Of a stretch of DNA of 64,000 nucleotides, positions 41,187 through 49,830 are shown one piece after another. Below the pieces are notes generated by a model. The model worked only from the letters and a program-made list of their open reading frames with translations. It was not told the DNA's origin and searched no databases. The stretch comes from Elusimicrobiota bacterium (GTDB lineage Bacteria; Elusimicrobiota; Elusimicrobia; UBA1565; UBA9628): the NCBI GenBank assembly GCA_027406905.1, contig DAHZHT010000007.1, forward strand, positions 1,024 to 65,023, read 5' to 3'. Position numbers and translations under genes: made by a program. The stretch's first letter is position 1. The number at the start of each line of letters is the position of its first letter.

Positions 41187-43431
41187 ATGGCGCTCCTGTT
41201 TTCTCGCGGAAATTTTTCTCGGCAGATTTCGCCTCATCCATCAATTGATCAAGGACATTAGAACCCATGAATTCCTTCTGCCAATAATTAATGCAATCCT
41301 GCCGAGACGGAATTTTTTTATTGGCTTCGATGCCCGTGGCCTTAAAATCAAGACTGTTAAGAGCCCGCTCGAAATCGACCTCGCTAACGAAATGAGCTCT
41401 CGCCAAGGACATCGCTTCTTTTTTAGTCGAATCTATACTCTCTGACTCCTTGAGGGATTTCTCCTTGGCCAGAGATTTGGGGCAGCTCACATAGGATTTC
41501 CGAATAAAATAGTCGCGGCGGGAAGCGCCGATATGGCGCAAGTCCCAGAGGGAATTTTGTCCCGAAGCCAGGGAATGGATGATAAAATCATGGAACCGAG
41601 CCGGATGATTGAGCCAATCCTCAAATAAAGCCCGCAGCTGGGGATCGAGAAAGTCCGCGGTTTTAGCCCCGTCTTTAATCTCGGCGTAGAGAAGCATCTG
41701 CGCGGAATAGGCATATGACTCTTCTTGATAGGGAAACGCCGACCAGCCCTCAATGCGAGCCTCCAATTCCAACAGCCCATGAAGCAAAAACCCCGCCATC
41801 TCAAAGGAAGAGTAATTCCCGCGTTCGCTTCCATCGGAATAGATCTGAGTCTTGGTTCCCCAATCGCCGGACTCAACCTTATCCGGGCGAGCGGAAACGT
41901 CTAAAGCTTGAACCGACGGCACTGGAACCCCCATCGTCTGATACGCGGAGGACGAAACCGGAAGCATCGCTTTCCAGTCTTCAAAAATAAATTCCCGCTT
42001 TGAGGCCAGAATCGGATTGGGGTTAACGGCAATGGTGGCCTCAAAACGCCCTTCTGCATTCTGTTTTAAGAATGTCTTTTGATGAGCCTCTTTTCCCATT
42101 TGATCGGAATCGATGACAATCGCCGGCGTTAAATTCATCACGATATTTAAAGCTCTTGAGCGAAACGGCTCTTGGGCATCGGTATTGATGAGCCTCAATA
42201 GACCCTTCGGGTCTTCGGAATAAGGAGCGCTCAGCAAGAATTTCTCAAAATCGGCCGGGGAAACCACGCTCAAGGAAGGCAGGGAATAACTTTTCAAGGG
42301 CGGAAGAGTCGTTGGCCCCTTTGGCTTTGAAACGCCATATTCCCTTGACCCAATGACGCTGGAAGAGGCCAAGGCCTGACGAATGGAATCAACCGTCACT
42401 TGAGACAAAGTGGCGGAAGAATTTAAGACTTCCACCGAGGCTTTGGCCGTCGCCGATGAAATTGACGCGGGAACGGGAGCATGGACAACAGCTTTAGCGG
42501 GAAAAGCGGCGGGACTTGAAACAGGCGCGCGAACGATAGATGCCGCCTGGGCGGCGACTTGCCCTAACACTGGTGATGAAACCGCGGCAACCCTCGCCGC
42601 CGGCGGCAAAGAAGGCTTAACCGCTAAGGCCTGAGCGCTTGGAAGAGCCGGAGATGCGGTCTGTATTGAAACGGGCGCGGGTAAGGGAGTTTGAGAGATA
42701 ACAGGCGCCGCGGCCGGCGGCGGGACTGCAAGCTCGGAATTAGGAACCGAGACGGGGGCCAAGGTTGGCGCTTGCGCCTGCGGCAAAAACGGAGCGGGAG
42801 TAGAGACCAAGGGAGAATTCTGGATTGGGTTAAACGTCTGCTGCGGGGGTAAGGGCGCGGCAGAAGCGCTTTGGGGCGCCGTCTGAATCTGAGATAAAAA
42901 CCCGGCTGGAAGCGGCGGCGGAGGCGGGGTTCCCAGGGGCGCTTGAGATAAAAGATCGGGATCGGAATCTTCATCGGGAGGAGTTAAATTCAGGGAGTAC
43001 AATTCCTCTTTTGAAAAATAGCGCGAGAAGTGTTTGCGGTTATCGATCGTAAAAAAAGGCCACACGTCTTTGAGGATATGGCGCACTTTTTTAAGCTCAT
43101 CTGGAGTCAGATGCCCATTGGGATTTTCCGACAGGATTAAATCGATTTTTAGCATCGCCTTTAAGCGCTCGGTGCTTTTAAGCCGCCGAATGAGAACGCG
43201 AATTTGGGATTTGCGTATTTCTTCCTTGCGCGAAGGAGACCATATCGAGCCGTCGGAATGGACGAAATAATGATTGTCCATCAACAAATGGATCACCGAA
43301 CGCGGCAAGGGATCGGCTTTGACATTGTAAAACGCATCGGAAGGATTTTTCAAAGGCTCATCCATCGGCAAAGCCGCAAACGCGCCCTGATTCCAAAGAA
43401 AAATAGACGCCAAAATCAGCCGCCTTATCAC
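41176..43431 (-). CDS. Large secreted hypothetical protein with a central Pro/Ala/Ser-rich linker
   Basis: 751 aa with signal peptide MIRRLILASIFLWNQGAFAA. Residues ~155-330 are low complexity (PPPPPLPAGF...APVSVPNSELAVPPPAAAPV...). A C-terminal region of ~400 aa has no motif I recognise. Confidence 0.55.
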   Translation of the reverse strand: MIRRLILASIFLWNQGAFAALPMDEPLKNPSDAFYNVKADPLPRSVIHLLMDNHYFVHSDGSIWSPSRKEEIRKSQIRVLIRRLKSTERLKAMLKIDLILSENPNGHLTPDELKKVRHILKDVWPFFTIDNRKHFSRYFSKEELYSLNLTPPDEDSDPDLLSQAPLGTPPPPPLPAGFLSQIQTAPQSASAAPLPPQQTFNPIQNSPLVSTPAPFLPQAQAPTLAPVSVPNSELAVPPPAAAPVISQTPLPAPVSIQTASPALPSAQALAVKPSLPPAARVAAVSSPVLGQVAAQAASIVRAPVSSPAAFPAKAVVHAPVPASISSATAKASVEVLNSSATLSQVTVDSIRQALASSSVIGSREYGVSKPKGPTTLPPLKSYSLPSLSVVSPADFEKFLLSAPYSEDPKGLLRLINTDAQEPFRSRALNIVMNLTPAIVIDSDQMGKEAHQKTFLKQNAEGRFEATIAVNPNPILASKREFIFEDWKAMLPVSSSAYQTMGVPVPSVQALDVSARPDKVESGDWGTKTQIYSDGSERGNYSSFEMAGFLLHGLLELEARIEGWSAFPYQEESYAYSAQMLLYAEIKDGAKTADFLDPQLRALFEDWLNHPARFHDFIIHSLASGQNSLWDLRHIGASRRDYFIRKSYVSCPKSLAKEKSLKESESIDSTKKEAMSLARAHFVSEVDFERALNSLDFKATGIEANKKIPSRQDCINYWQKEFMGSNVLDQLMDEAKSAEKNFREKTGAPYVP

Positions 43432-43492
43432 TCTCTTAGCATAACCCTTTCAGGTTACCCAAATATTTCAGATTTGAGATGAGGCTTAAAGG

Positions 43493-45682
43493 TTATTGGC
43501 GGAGAAAAAGAGCCTTTGACAGGATAGAATTAACCGGGCCGGGGGCGTAAATTTGACCCAGGATCAATGCCGACATCAAAATCGAGACGGCATTGGTTAA
43601 AATCCAATAAATATTGCCTTGGGTGGCGGCGACGACAAGACTGAGAGCGCTGCCTGCAATCACTAAAACCGATAGGAGCGGGCTGAGGCCTTCGGGAGAT
43701 TTTCTTTCCGCGCGGTAAAGCTTAAAATTAGCGGCAATTTGAGGAACGTTTAAGACCGTCAAAAGCCCCAAAGCGGCCCAAAATAAAATCAACGGAAAAG
43801 AAATCCCCCCAAGAACCGCGGCTAGAGAGACCAAGGCGACAGACAAAGCGCTTAAAGCGCCGCGAACCCCTTTATGATTGTAAAGAAGAATCTGCGAAAT
43901 TAAAACCGAACTTTCCAACAGTCCCGAGAGATTGGAGGCGACCCAAAAGGGGCTTGAATGCTTGATTAAAGACAAACCCAAAAACAAGGCCGAAGCCGCC
44001 GCCCAAATCAATCCGGCTTTAAGCGACAAATCCTTGGTCGCCAGCGACTTCCATTTGAAATTTTTGACGATCTGCGGAATTCCGGCGGCGCTAAGAACGG
44101 TTGAGCCCGCCACTCCTAACGCTGAAACAGGATGATGGAGGAGGTTGGTCCAAGGAACTTCCGACAGCGCCGCCATACTTAATCCGCCCAAGACGAAGGA
44201 GGAAGCTGTCCAATATTGGACTTTCCGCCTAAAGGCGTCTTCTTTTTTCGGAGCCGGCAATCGCAAAAGTTCCTGCATCACCAGATTCGTTCCCGAGGTT
44301 CGCCCGCCCAACCATAAGACGCTCGGCGGCAAAGTTCCGCGCAAATCCTTTCCCACGCTAATCGACAGCGACTTGGGAAAAGCCAAGGCCATCTTCGCGT
44401 CTCCGCCCATGGTCCCATTGGGGAAGAGATGAAATTCATCTCCGACAAAGAGAAGATTTTCTTCCGACACCGGAAATCCTTTTTCTCGCATCGCCGAATA
44501 AATCAGGGCCGCCCCCGTCCCCTTGTCGAATTTATTGAAATAAACAAAATCTCCGCCATGAATGACGGGAAAAAGAAGGCCCCGATTTTTAAGATTCTTA
44601 TCCAAGAGTTCGGCAAAGGGAGTTGAACGCGGATCCCCATGATGATTAAAGCGCACCAACATTTGAGACGGCAGATCGCGGCTGATATTGACCTCTTCTG
44701 GAGAAATCTTTAATTCGGACAAGACCTCATCGATAATGGAAGAGATTTTTTCTTTCTCATCTTCGCTCCAGTCCCGGTCCAAATAGCGAACCGGCTTTCC
44801 ATTTTTAAACGCGATGAATTCGCTTCCCGCCCCGCCGACGAAAAAAAGATGGTCCCGCAGGGATTCCGGAATTTGGCTAATCAAGGGATCGATGGTGTTG
44901 GCGAAATTGGCGCTTGCGGGTTGACGATCAAAAGTGCGGCTGGTGATAATGGCGATCGGCCAACCCCTTTTAAGAAGGGTCTTAATTCCCTCAATCAAAT
45001 TTTTCGCGGGCGGAAGGCTAATCCCCTGCTCGTTGACCTCGGTGAGAGTCTTGTCGTAATCGAAAAAAACGGCGGAAGGCGGGCGTTGGCGCAGTTCCTC
45101 CAAAATTTTTTCAGCTTCCAAGGGAGCCGGGATTTCCCTAGTTTCCGGATTTTGAATCTGTTTGGGAGAAAATCGCGAAAGGCGCGGCAAAGGATTTGAG
45201 GCGTTTTCTTTGGAAAGGGAAATCAAATCAGAAGCGCTCTCTTGAGCTTGCCGGCCGGAGACAATGTTCCAAATTTTGCGCCCGACCGAAAAGGCGGAAA
45301 ACCCGGAAGAATGATCCGTTATTTTTTTAACTTCCAAGGAGACGCCTTTTTGGGTTTTAAAAATAGTTTTAGACCAAAAAGAAAGGCGGGCTTTGGAAGC
45401 GGCGGCAGCCTTAACGGCGCTTAAAGAAATTTGGGCTGGCGTGGGGGCATCTGACAGATCAGAGAAACGCCGAGTTTCTGCCTGAAGAGAGGGTTCTTGG
45501 ACGGGGGCGGATAACTCCAAAGCCGCAGGATTTTGATCAAGGGAAAAAGAAGAGAGGGGAGCGTCCGTTTCAGGCGCGGGATTAACGATGTTTGGTTCAA
45601 CAGGACGTTCGGCCGCCAGGGCCCCGGATGAAAGACTCCAGGACAACAGAAGCGAAAGAACAGCAGCGTGGCGAGTTTTCAA
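43493..45682 (-). CDS. Fusion protein: signal peptide + HAD-IIB-like phosphatase domain + C-terminal 7-TM region with two PQ-loop repeats
   Basis: 729 aa.
- Signal peptide: MKTRHAAVLSLLLSWSLSSGALAA.
- HAD motif I: VFFDYDKTLT (DxDxT).
- HAD motif II: IITSRT.
- HAD motif IV: FVGDEF...GGD.
- C-terminal hydrophobic region with GIPQIVKNFKWKS and NVPQIAANFKLYR (PQ-loop signatures). Confidence 0.6.
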   Translation of the reverse strand: MKTRHAAVLSLLLSWSLSSGALAAERPVEPNIVNPAPETDAPLSSFSLDQNPAALELSAPVQEPSLQAETRRFSDLSDAPTPAQISLSAVKAAAASKARLSFWSKTIFKTQKGVSLEVKKITDHSSGFSAFSVGRKIWNIVSGRQAQESASDLISLSKENASNPLPRLSRFSPKQIQNPETREIPAPLEAEKILEELRQRPPSAVFFDYDKTLTEVNEQGISLPPAKNLIEGIKTLLKRGWPIAIITSRTFDRQPASANFANTIDPLISQIPESLRDHLFFVGGAGSEFIAFKNGKPVRYLDRDWSEDEKEKISSIIDEVLSELKISPEEVNISRDLPSQMLVRFNHHGDPRSTPFAELLDKNLKNRGLLFPVIHGGDFVYFNKFDKGTGAALIYSAMREKGFPVSEENLLFVGDEFHLFPNGTMGGDAKMALAFPKSLSISVGKDLRGTLPPSVLWLGGRTSGTNLVMQELLRLPAPKKEDAFRRKVQYWTASSFVLGGLSMAALSEVPWTNLLHHPVSALGVAGSTVLSAAGIPQIVKNFKWKSLATKDLSLKAGLIWAAASALFLGLSLIKHSSPFWVASNLSGLLESSVLISQILLYNHKGVRGALSALSVALVSLAAVLGGISFPLILFWAALGLLTVLNVPQIAANFKLYRAERKSPEGLSPLLSVLVIAGSALSLVVAATQGNIYWILTNAVSILMSALILGQIYAPGPVNSILSKALFLRQ

Positions 45683-45772
45683 TCGAGTTCCTCCCTAAAA
45701 AAGATTAATCTATTGTAGCAACCGGAATTAAAAATGGCTTGGGCCCAAAGACCCAGAAAGAGTCCGGCAAAA

Positions 45773-45793
45773 GGCCCAGAAAGTTTCTGGGCC
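45773..45793. promoter_or_regulatory. Perfect 10-bp inverted repeat in a divergent intergenic region (candidate operator)
   Basis: GGCCCAGAAA-g-TTTCTGGGCC. Related half-sites lie nearby: GGGCCCAAAGACCCAGAAAG at 45740-45760 and GGGCCTAAAGACCC at 45789-45802. Confidence 0.4.
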
Positions 45794-45838
45794 TAAAGAC
45801 CCTTATAAAAAGGAGCTTAATAAAGCCATAATAAATTC

Positions 45839-46861
45839 ATGGCTTTATCATTGGGAAGACTCAAAATTTCATCTTCCATCATTCAATCTCCCATGGCGGC
45901 CTGCACCGATCTCCCCTTTCGCTTGATCGCACGGGAAAAAGGCCTCGGGTTTTCTTTTCTTGAAATGGTCTCAGCCCAAGCCCTGGTCCGGGATAACGCC
46001 AAAACAAAATTACTCCTTCAAAGCTGTCCGGAAGATCGCCCTCTGGGAGCGCAGCTTTTGGGTTGCGACCCGGACATCATGGCGGAAGCGGCGCGCATTA
46101 TTGAGGACATGAATTTCGATCTTCTGGATTTAAATCTGGGATGCCCGGTCAGAAAGGTGGTCTCTAACGGAGAAGGCGCGGCCCTCTTAAAAGAACCCCA
46201 AAAAGCCGAAGCCGTTTTTAAAGCGGTTCGCGCCGCGGTCAAAAAAATTCCCCTGACCGTCAAAATGCGCGCGGGTTTTGAAAACCCGAGCGGAGAAGAA
46301 GCGGCCGCCATCGCCCAAAGGGCCGAGGCCTGCGGTTTTGACGCTGTCACCGTTCACGGAAGAACTCAAAAGCAAGGTTATTCCGGAACCGCCGATTATG
46401 CGGCTATCGGAAAAGTGAAAAAGGCGGTTAAAATTCCGGTCATAGGAAATGGGGATGTGATCAGCGAAAAAGCGGCAAAAGATATCCGCTCAATTAGTCA
46501 ATGCGACGGAATCATGATCGGACGAGCCGGGCTGGGAAACCCATGGATTTACCGCAATCTCGACGCGGCGATAAAAAACGACGATTCCGAAATTTACGTT
46601 CCTTCCATCAAGGAAAGAAGAGAAACCCTCATCAGGCATTTAAGCCTTGAACGCTCTCTTTTGGGCGAGCGCCAAGCCGCGCTCAACTGCCGCCGCATCG
46701 TCGTTTGGTACACCGCGGGATTGTCCAATTCAAAAGCCCTGCGCGCAGATGTTTGCCGCACTAGCGATATGGATCAAATTATTTCAATGGTCGGCGATTT
46801 TTTTAGCGCGCTCCCTTTAGACGCGCCACCGCCTCAAGCGCCGCTGTTATTGGCGGAATAA
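45839..46861 (+). CDS. dusB: tRNA-dihydrouridine synthase
   Basis: 340 aa with ...QSPMAACTDLPFR..., ...DLNLGCP (catalytic Cys) and ...AVTVHGRT.... Confidence 0.8.
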   Translation: MALSLGRLKISSSIIQSPMAACTDLPFRLIAREKGLGFSFLEMVSAQALVRDNAKTKLLLQSCPEDRPLGAQLLGCDPDIMAEAARIIEDMNFDLLDLNLGCPVRKVVSNGEGAALLKEPQKAEAVFKAVRAAVKKIPLTVKMRAGFENPSGEEAAAIAQRAEACGFDAVTVHGRTQKQGYSGTADYAAIGKVKKAVKIPVIGNGDVISEKAAKDIRSISQCDGIMIGRAGLGNPWIYRNLDAAIKNDDSEIYVPSIKERRETLIRHLSLERSLLGERQAALNCRRIVVWYTAGLSNSKALRADVCRTSDMDQIISMVGDFFSALPLDAPPPQAPLLLAE

Positions 46862-46863
46862 TC

Positions 46864-47670
46864 CTAAACAAAGAACGCCAAGAAAGCGTTTAGGCGCCGG
46901 GTTAACGACATCAGAAGGCCGGAATACTCAACCGCCTTGGGGTAAGGCGTCATCTTGCGCACTGTTTCGCTAGCCGAAATCGGAATAGTAAAGTAAAAAG
47001 TCGCGCCCAGCCCCGGCCAACTCTCGGCCCAGATGCGTCCGCCATGGAGCTCAACCATCATCTTAGACAAGCTCAGCCCCAACCCCGTTCCCTGCCCGGC
47101 GTCGGTATGGCTGGCCTGGACGAAGGGCTTAAAAATTTTTTCCAACTCATCTTGCGGAATTCCCTTGCCCGTGTCTTTCACTTTAAAGATAATCGTCCCT
47201 TCGTGCTCAAATCTGCCCATATCGGCCGAAACCGTCACCGTTCCGCGCGGAGGGGTGAATTTGACGGCATTTGAAATGAGATTGGTTAGAACCTGGATGA
47301 TGCGCTGGGAATCAGCCTCTATTCGAGGAAGAGGAACCGGGCAGTCGCGGTTTAAACGCACGCCATGGGCCAAGGCAAAAGACTGAAGCCCCTGAACCGC
47401 TTCTCCAATTAAATTTCGGACATCGCACAATTGCCAAGAAATTTTGATTCCGCTGTGAGAGGCCTTGGAATAATCCATGACATCATTCACCATATCTTCA
47501 AGGCGCCCGGCGCTACGAATGGCCAAATCCAGCATCTGTCTTTCCTGGGGGCTTAAGCGGCTTTTCGCCTGTTCATTAAGTAACTGAAGCCCCAGGCGCA
47601 GCGAGGTAACCGGGGCGCGAAGCTCATGAGTCAAGCAGGCGGGATCAAGAGCTTGGGTCTTTCTGTCCAT
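46864..47670 (-). CDS. Minimal histidine kinase (DHp + CA only; no sensor or TM segment)
   Basis: 268 aa. H-box THELRAPVTSL at residue ~14, N-box LTNLISNAVKFT, G1 VKDTGKGI, G2 GTGLGLSL. Confidence 0.75.
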   Translation of the reverse strand: MDRKTQALDPACLTHELRAPVTSLRLGLQLLNEQAKSRLSPQERQMLDLAIRSAGRLEDMVNDVMDYSKASHSGIKISWQLCDVRNLIGEAVQGLQSFALAHGVRLNRDCPVPLPRIEADSQRIIQVLTNLISNAVKFTPPRGTVTVSADMGRFEHEGTIIFKVKDTGKGIPQDELEKIFKPFVQASHTDAGQGTGLGLSLSKMMVELHGGRIWAESWPGLGATFYFTIPISASETVRKMTPYPKAVEYSGLLMSLTRRLNAFLAFFV

Positions 47671-47701
47671 GCCCTTAGGATAGATAATCGGTGTTACAAG
47701 C

Positions 47702-48148
47702 TTATTGCGGCTTTGAGCGAACCATCAGAGACCAAACGCCGCCCTGGACGATATCGGAATGTTGGTTGGAGAGTTCGGCGTTTAAAAGGACAAAACCTTG
47801 GGATGAGCCCACGCGCCTAATCTTGAAAACTTCCATCTTCAAAGAAACGGCGTCTCCAATAAAAATCGGTTTTTTGAATTTCCACTCGCCGCCGGTAAAA
47901 GCGATGATGGTCTCTCGAATAATGCCGGTGTCATGCAAAAGCCCGCTGGCGACCGAAAGGCCCAAAAGCCCGTGCGCGATTTTTTTCCCAAAAGGGCTTT
48001 TCCGGGCGAAAGCCTCGTCAAAATGAAGAGGATTCATGTCTCCCGAAACGCGGCCATAGTCTTCGATCATTTTTTCGGTCACCGTTCTCGGAGCGGGACT
48101 ATTAAAAACCTGTCCGACCGCGAAGTCCTCAAAAAAAAGGCTTTTCAT
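47702..48148 (-). CDS. MaoC-like (R)-specific enoyl-CoA hydratase (hot-dog fold)
   Basis: 148 aa with ...SGDMNPLHFDEAFA...IAHGLL.... Confidence 0.75.
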   Translation of the reverse strand: MKSLFFEDFAVGQVFNSPAPRTVTEKMIEDYGRVSGDMNPLHFDEAFARKSPFGKKIAHGLLGLSVASGLLHDTGIIRETIIAFTGGEWKFKKPIFIGDAVSLKMEVFKIRRVGSSQGFVLLNAELSNQHSDIVQGGVWSLMVRSKPQ

Positions 48149-48218
48149 GTTTCCTCTTTATATAGGATATCTCAATTCCGGGGCCGTTCACAAATCCAAT
48201 CCGCGCAGATGAGCCGAC

Positions 48219-48698
48219 TTACGCCGCCTCAAAATGGAGGATATCAGAGAGTTTGCCTTGACGATCTTCCGCAAAAACAGGTTTGACTCGAATGCCTATC
48301 GAGGGTGGCCAGTCGGGATCGACTTTGAGAAAATGTTGAAACTGGGTCGAAGCTCCATCCAAAAGAATGAATCCGTATCCATAGGGAACCGGTTTTTTCT
48401 CTCCGGTTTCCGGATCGATAAACGGAAAGCGTAAAATCGTAAAGGCCGACAAGGTCCCCATAGGGCCTACTTCGACCCACTCCTCCATCGTTTTAAAGCA
48501 AGGCCCGCAGATTTTTCGCGGCGGAACATAGACCTTCCTGCAAGAAGGGCAGCGAAGCCCCAAAAATTTCTTATGATCCCGAATTTCGGCGAAAAAACGG
48601 CTTCCCTCCATACCAACGGAATACTGAAACGGCTGAAAGGCATCGCCGCTCTCGACAAAGATAAAATCGGATCGTTTAAGACGGTTTTTCTGAACCAT
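48219..48698 (-). CDS. DUF35 OB-fold/zinc-ribbon protein (thiolase partner)
   Basis: 159 aa with four-Cys ribbon CPSCRKVYVPPRKICGPC followed by an OB-fold-length tail. Confidence 0.7.
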   Translation of the reverse strand: MVQKNRLKRSDFIFVESGDAFQPFQYSVGMEGSRFFAEIRDHKKFLGLRCPSCRKVYVPPRKICGPCFKTMEEWVEVGPMGTLSAFTILRFPFIDPETGEKKPVPYGYGFILLDGASTQFQHFLKVDPDWPPSIGIRVKPVFAEDRQGKLSDILHFEAA

Positions 48699-49830
48699 AG
48701 ATCAAAATGTCAGACCAGAAACATCCTCCAAAGCCCGTCGATAAAGCCTTTTTGACTTCCGGAGCTTGACGCTCGCCCGCGCGCCCCATGATTTGATGCG
48801 CGCATTCAGCCGCGCGAATAAGCCCGGTCGCGCCGATGGGGTTCGTCGACAACACTCCGCCGGACAGATTAATAGGAAGAGTCCCTCCCGCGTCGGTAAC
48901 GCCCTCCCAAATTAATTTCGCCCCTTCGCCGGGTTTCGCCAAGCCCAAGGCCTCAATCCAGGATAAATTAGCGAAGGAGTAGGGAGTGTAGAGTTCCATT
49001 AAGTTGATTTCTTTTAAGGGCTCTTTTATTCCGAGTTTCGCGTAAAGCTCCTGAGAGGCCAAGGCAAGAGATTTGAGCGGATACCATTCGACGTCGCCCA
49101 AATAAGCGTAGGGATGGCGGTTTGCCGCCCCTAAAATCCATGCGGGCTTGGGACAAATTTTCTCGGCGTAATCCTCATTGGCGAAGATGACCGCGCAAGC
49201 GCCGTCGGTTCTAGGACAAATGTCCAAGGCCTTGATCGGATCAGACAACAGAGGAGCGCGCAAGACTTCTTCAATGGTCACTTCTCTTCTTAAATGCGCA
49301 TGGGGATTTTTAACGGCATGCTTGCGGTCCCGAATAACCGCTCGCGCCGCGTCTTTTTCGGTGACGCCAAATTTCTTCATATAGGCCGAGGCCTCAACCG
49401 CCAGACCCGAGATCGCTCCGGCAAAAACCAAGCGATCCCAAACCGGATCAAAGGCGGTGGTAATCGCCCCAGTGGTATCTGATTCGGAATTTTTCTCCCA
49501 ACCGATAACCAAAAGTTTGTTGAAAAGCCCCGAGGCGGTTAAATGATATCCTCCAATTGCCAGCGTGCTTCCGGTGGTGCCTCCGGTGGTAAGTTTAATC
49601 GTGGGTTTTAAAATCCCGCCGTTTCCGGAAATCGACCATAACTCAACGCCGTTAATTCCCTCAAAATGGTCCATATTTCCGATCACGACCCCGTCAATAT
49701 CCGCGAGCGTCAAATCCGCATCCGCCAACGCGCGGGAAACCGCCTCATGAATCAATTCAATCCCGGTCACGTCAAAACGATTTCCGCTGTGATCAGTCTG
49801 TCCGCAACCCACAATCGCAGTTCTTTTCAT
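48676..49830 (-). CDS. Thiolase-fold protein (SCP-x/nonspecific thiolase-like)
   Basis: The start is taken at MKRTAIVGCGQTDHS (ATGA overlap with the upstream gene). The C-terminus reads ...INLSGGVLSTNPIGATGL.... The track ORF extends to 50001, inside the neighbour. Confidence 0.7.
   Translation of the reverse strand: MKRTAIVGCGQTDHSGNRFDVTGIELIHEAVSRALADADLTLADIDGVVIGNMDHFEGINGVELWSISGNGGILKPTIKLTTGGTTGSTLAIGGYHLTASGLFNKLLVIGWEKNSESDTTGAITTAFDPVWDRLVFAGAISGLAVEASAYMKKFGVTEKDAARAVIRDRKHAVKNPHAHLRREVTIEEVLRAPLLSDPIKALDICPRTDGACAVIFANEDYAEKICPKPAWILGAANRHPYAYLGDVEWYPLKSLALASQELYAKLGIKEPLKEINLMELYTPYSFANLSWIEALGLAKPGEGAKLIWEGVTDAGGTLPINLSGGVLSTNPIGATGLIRAAECAHQIMGRAGERQAPEVKKALSTGFGGCFWSDILIYGSEKPS

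Noticed and set aside
42400-42980. Pro/Ala-rich segment of the 751-aa protein as a possible DNA tandem repeat or contingency locus
   Set aside because: At DNA level I see compositional bias (GC-rich, CCG/GCC-rich) but no exact repeated unit. It is treated as a low-complexity linker.
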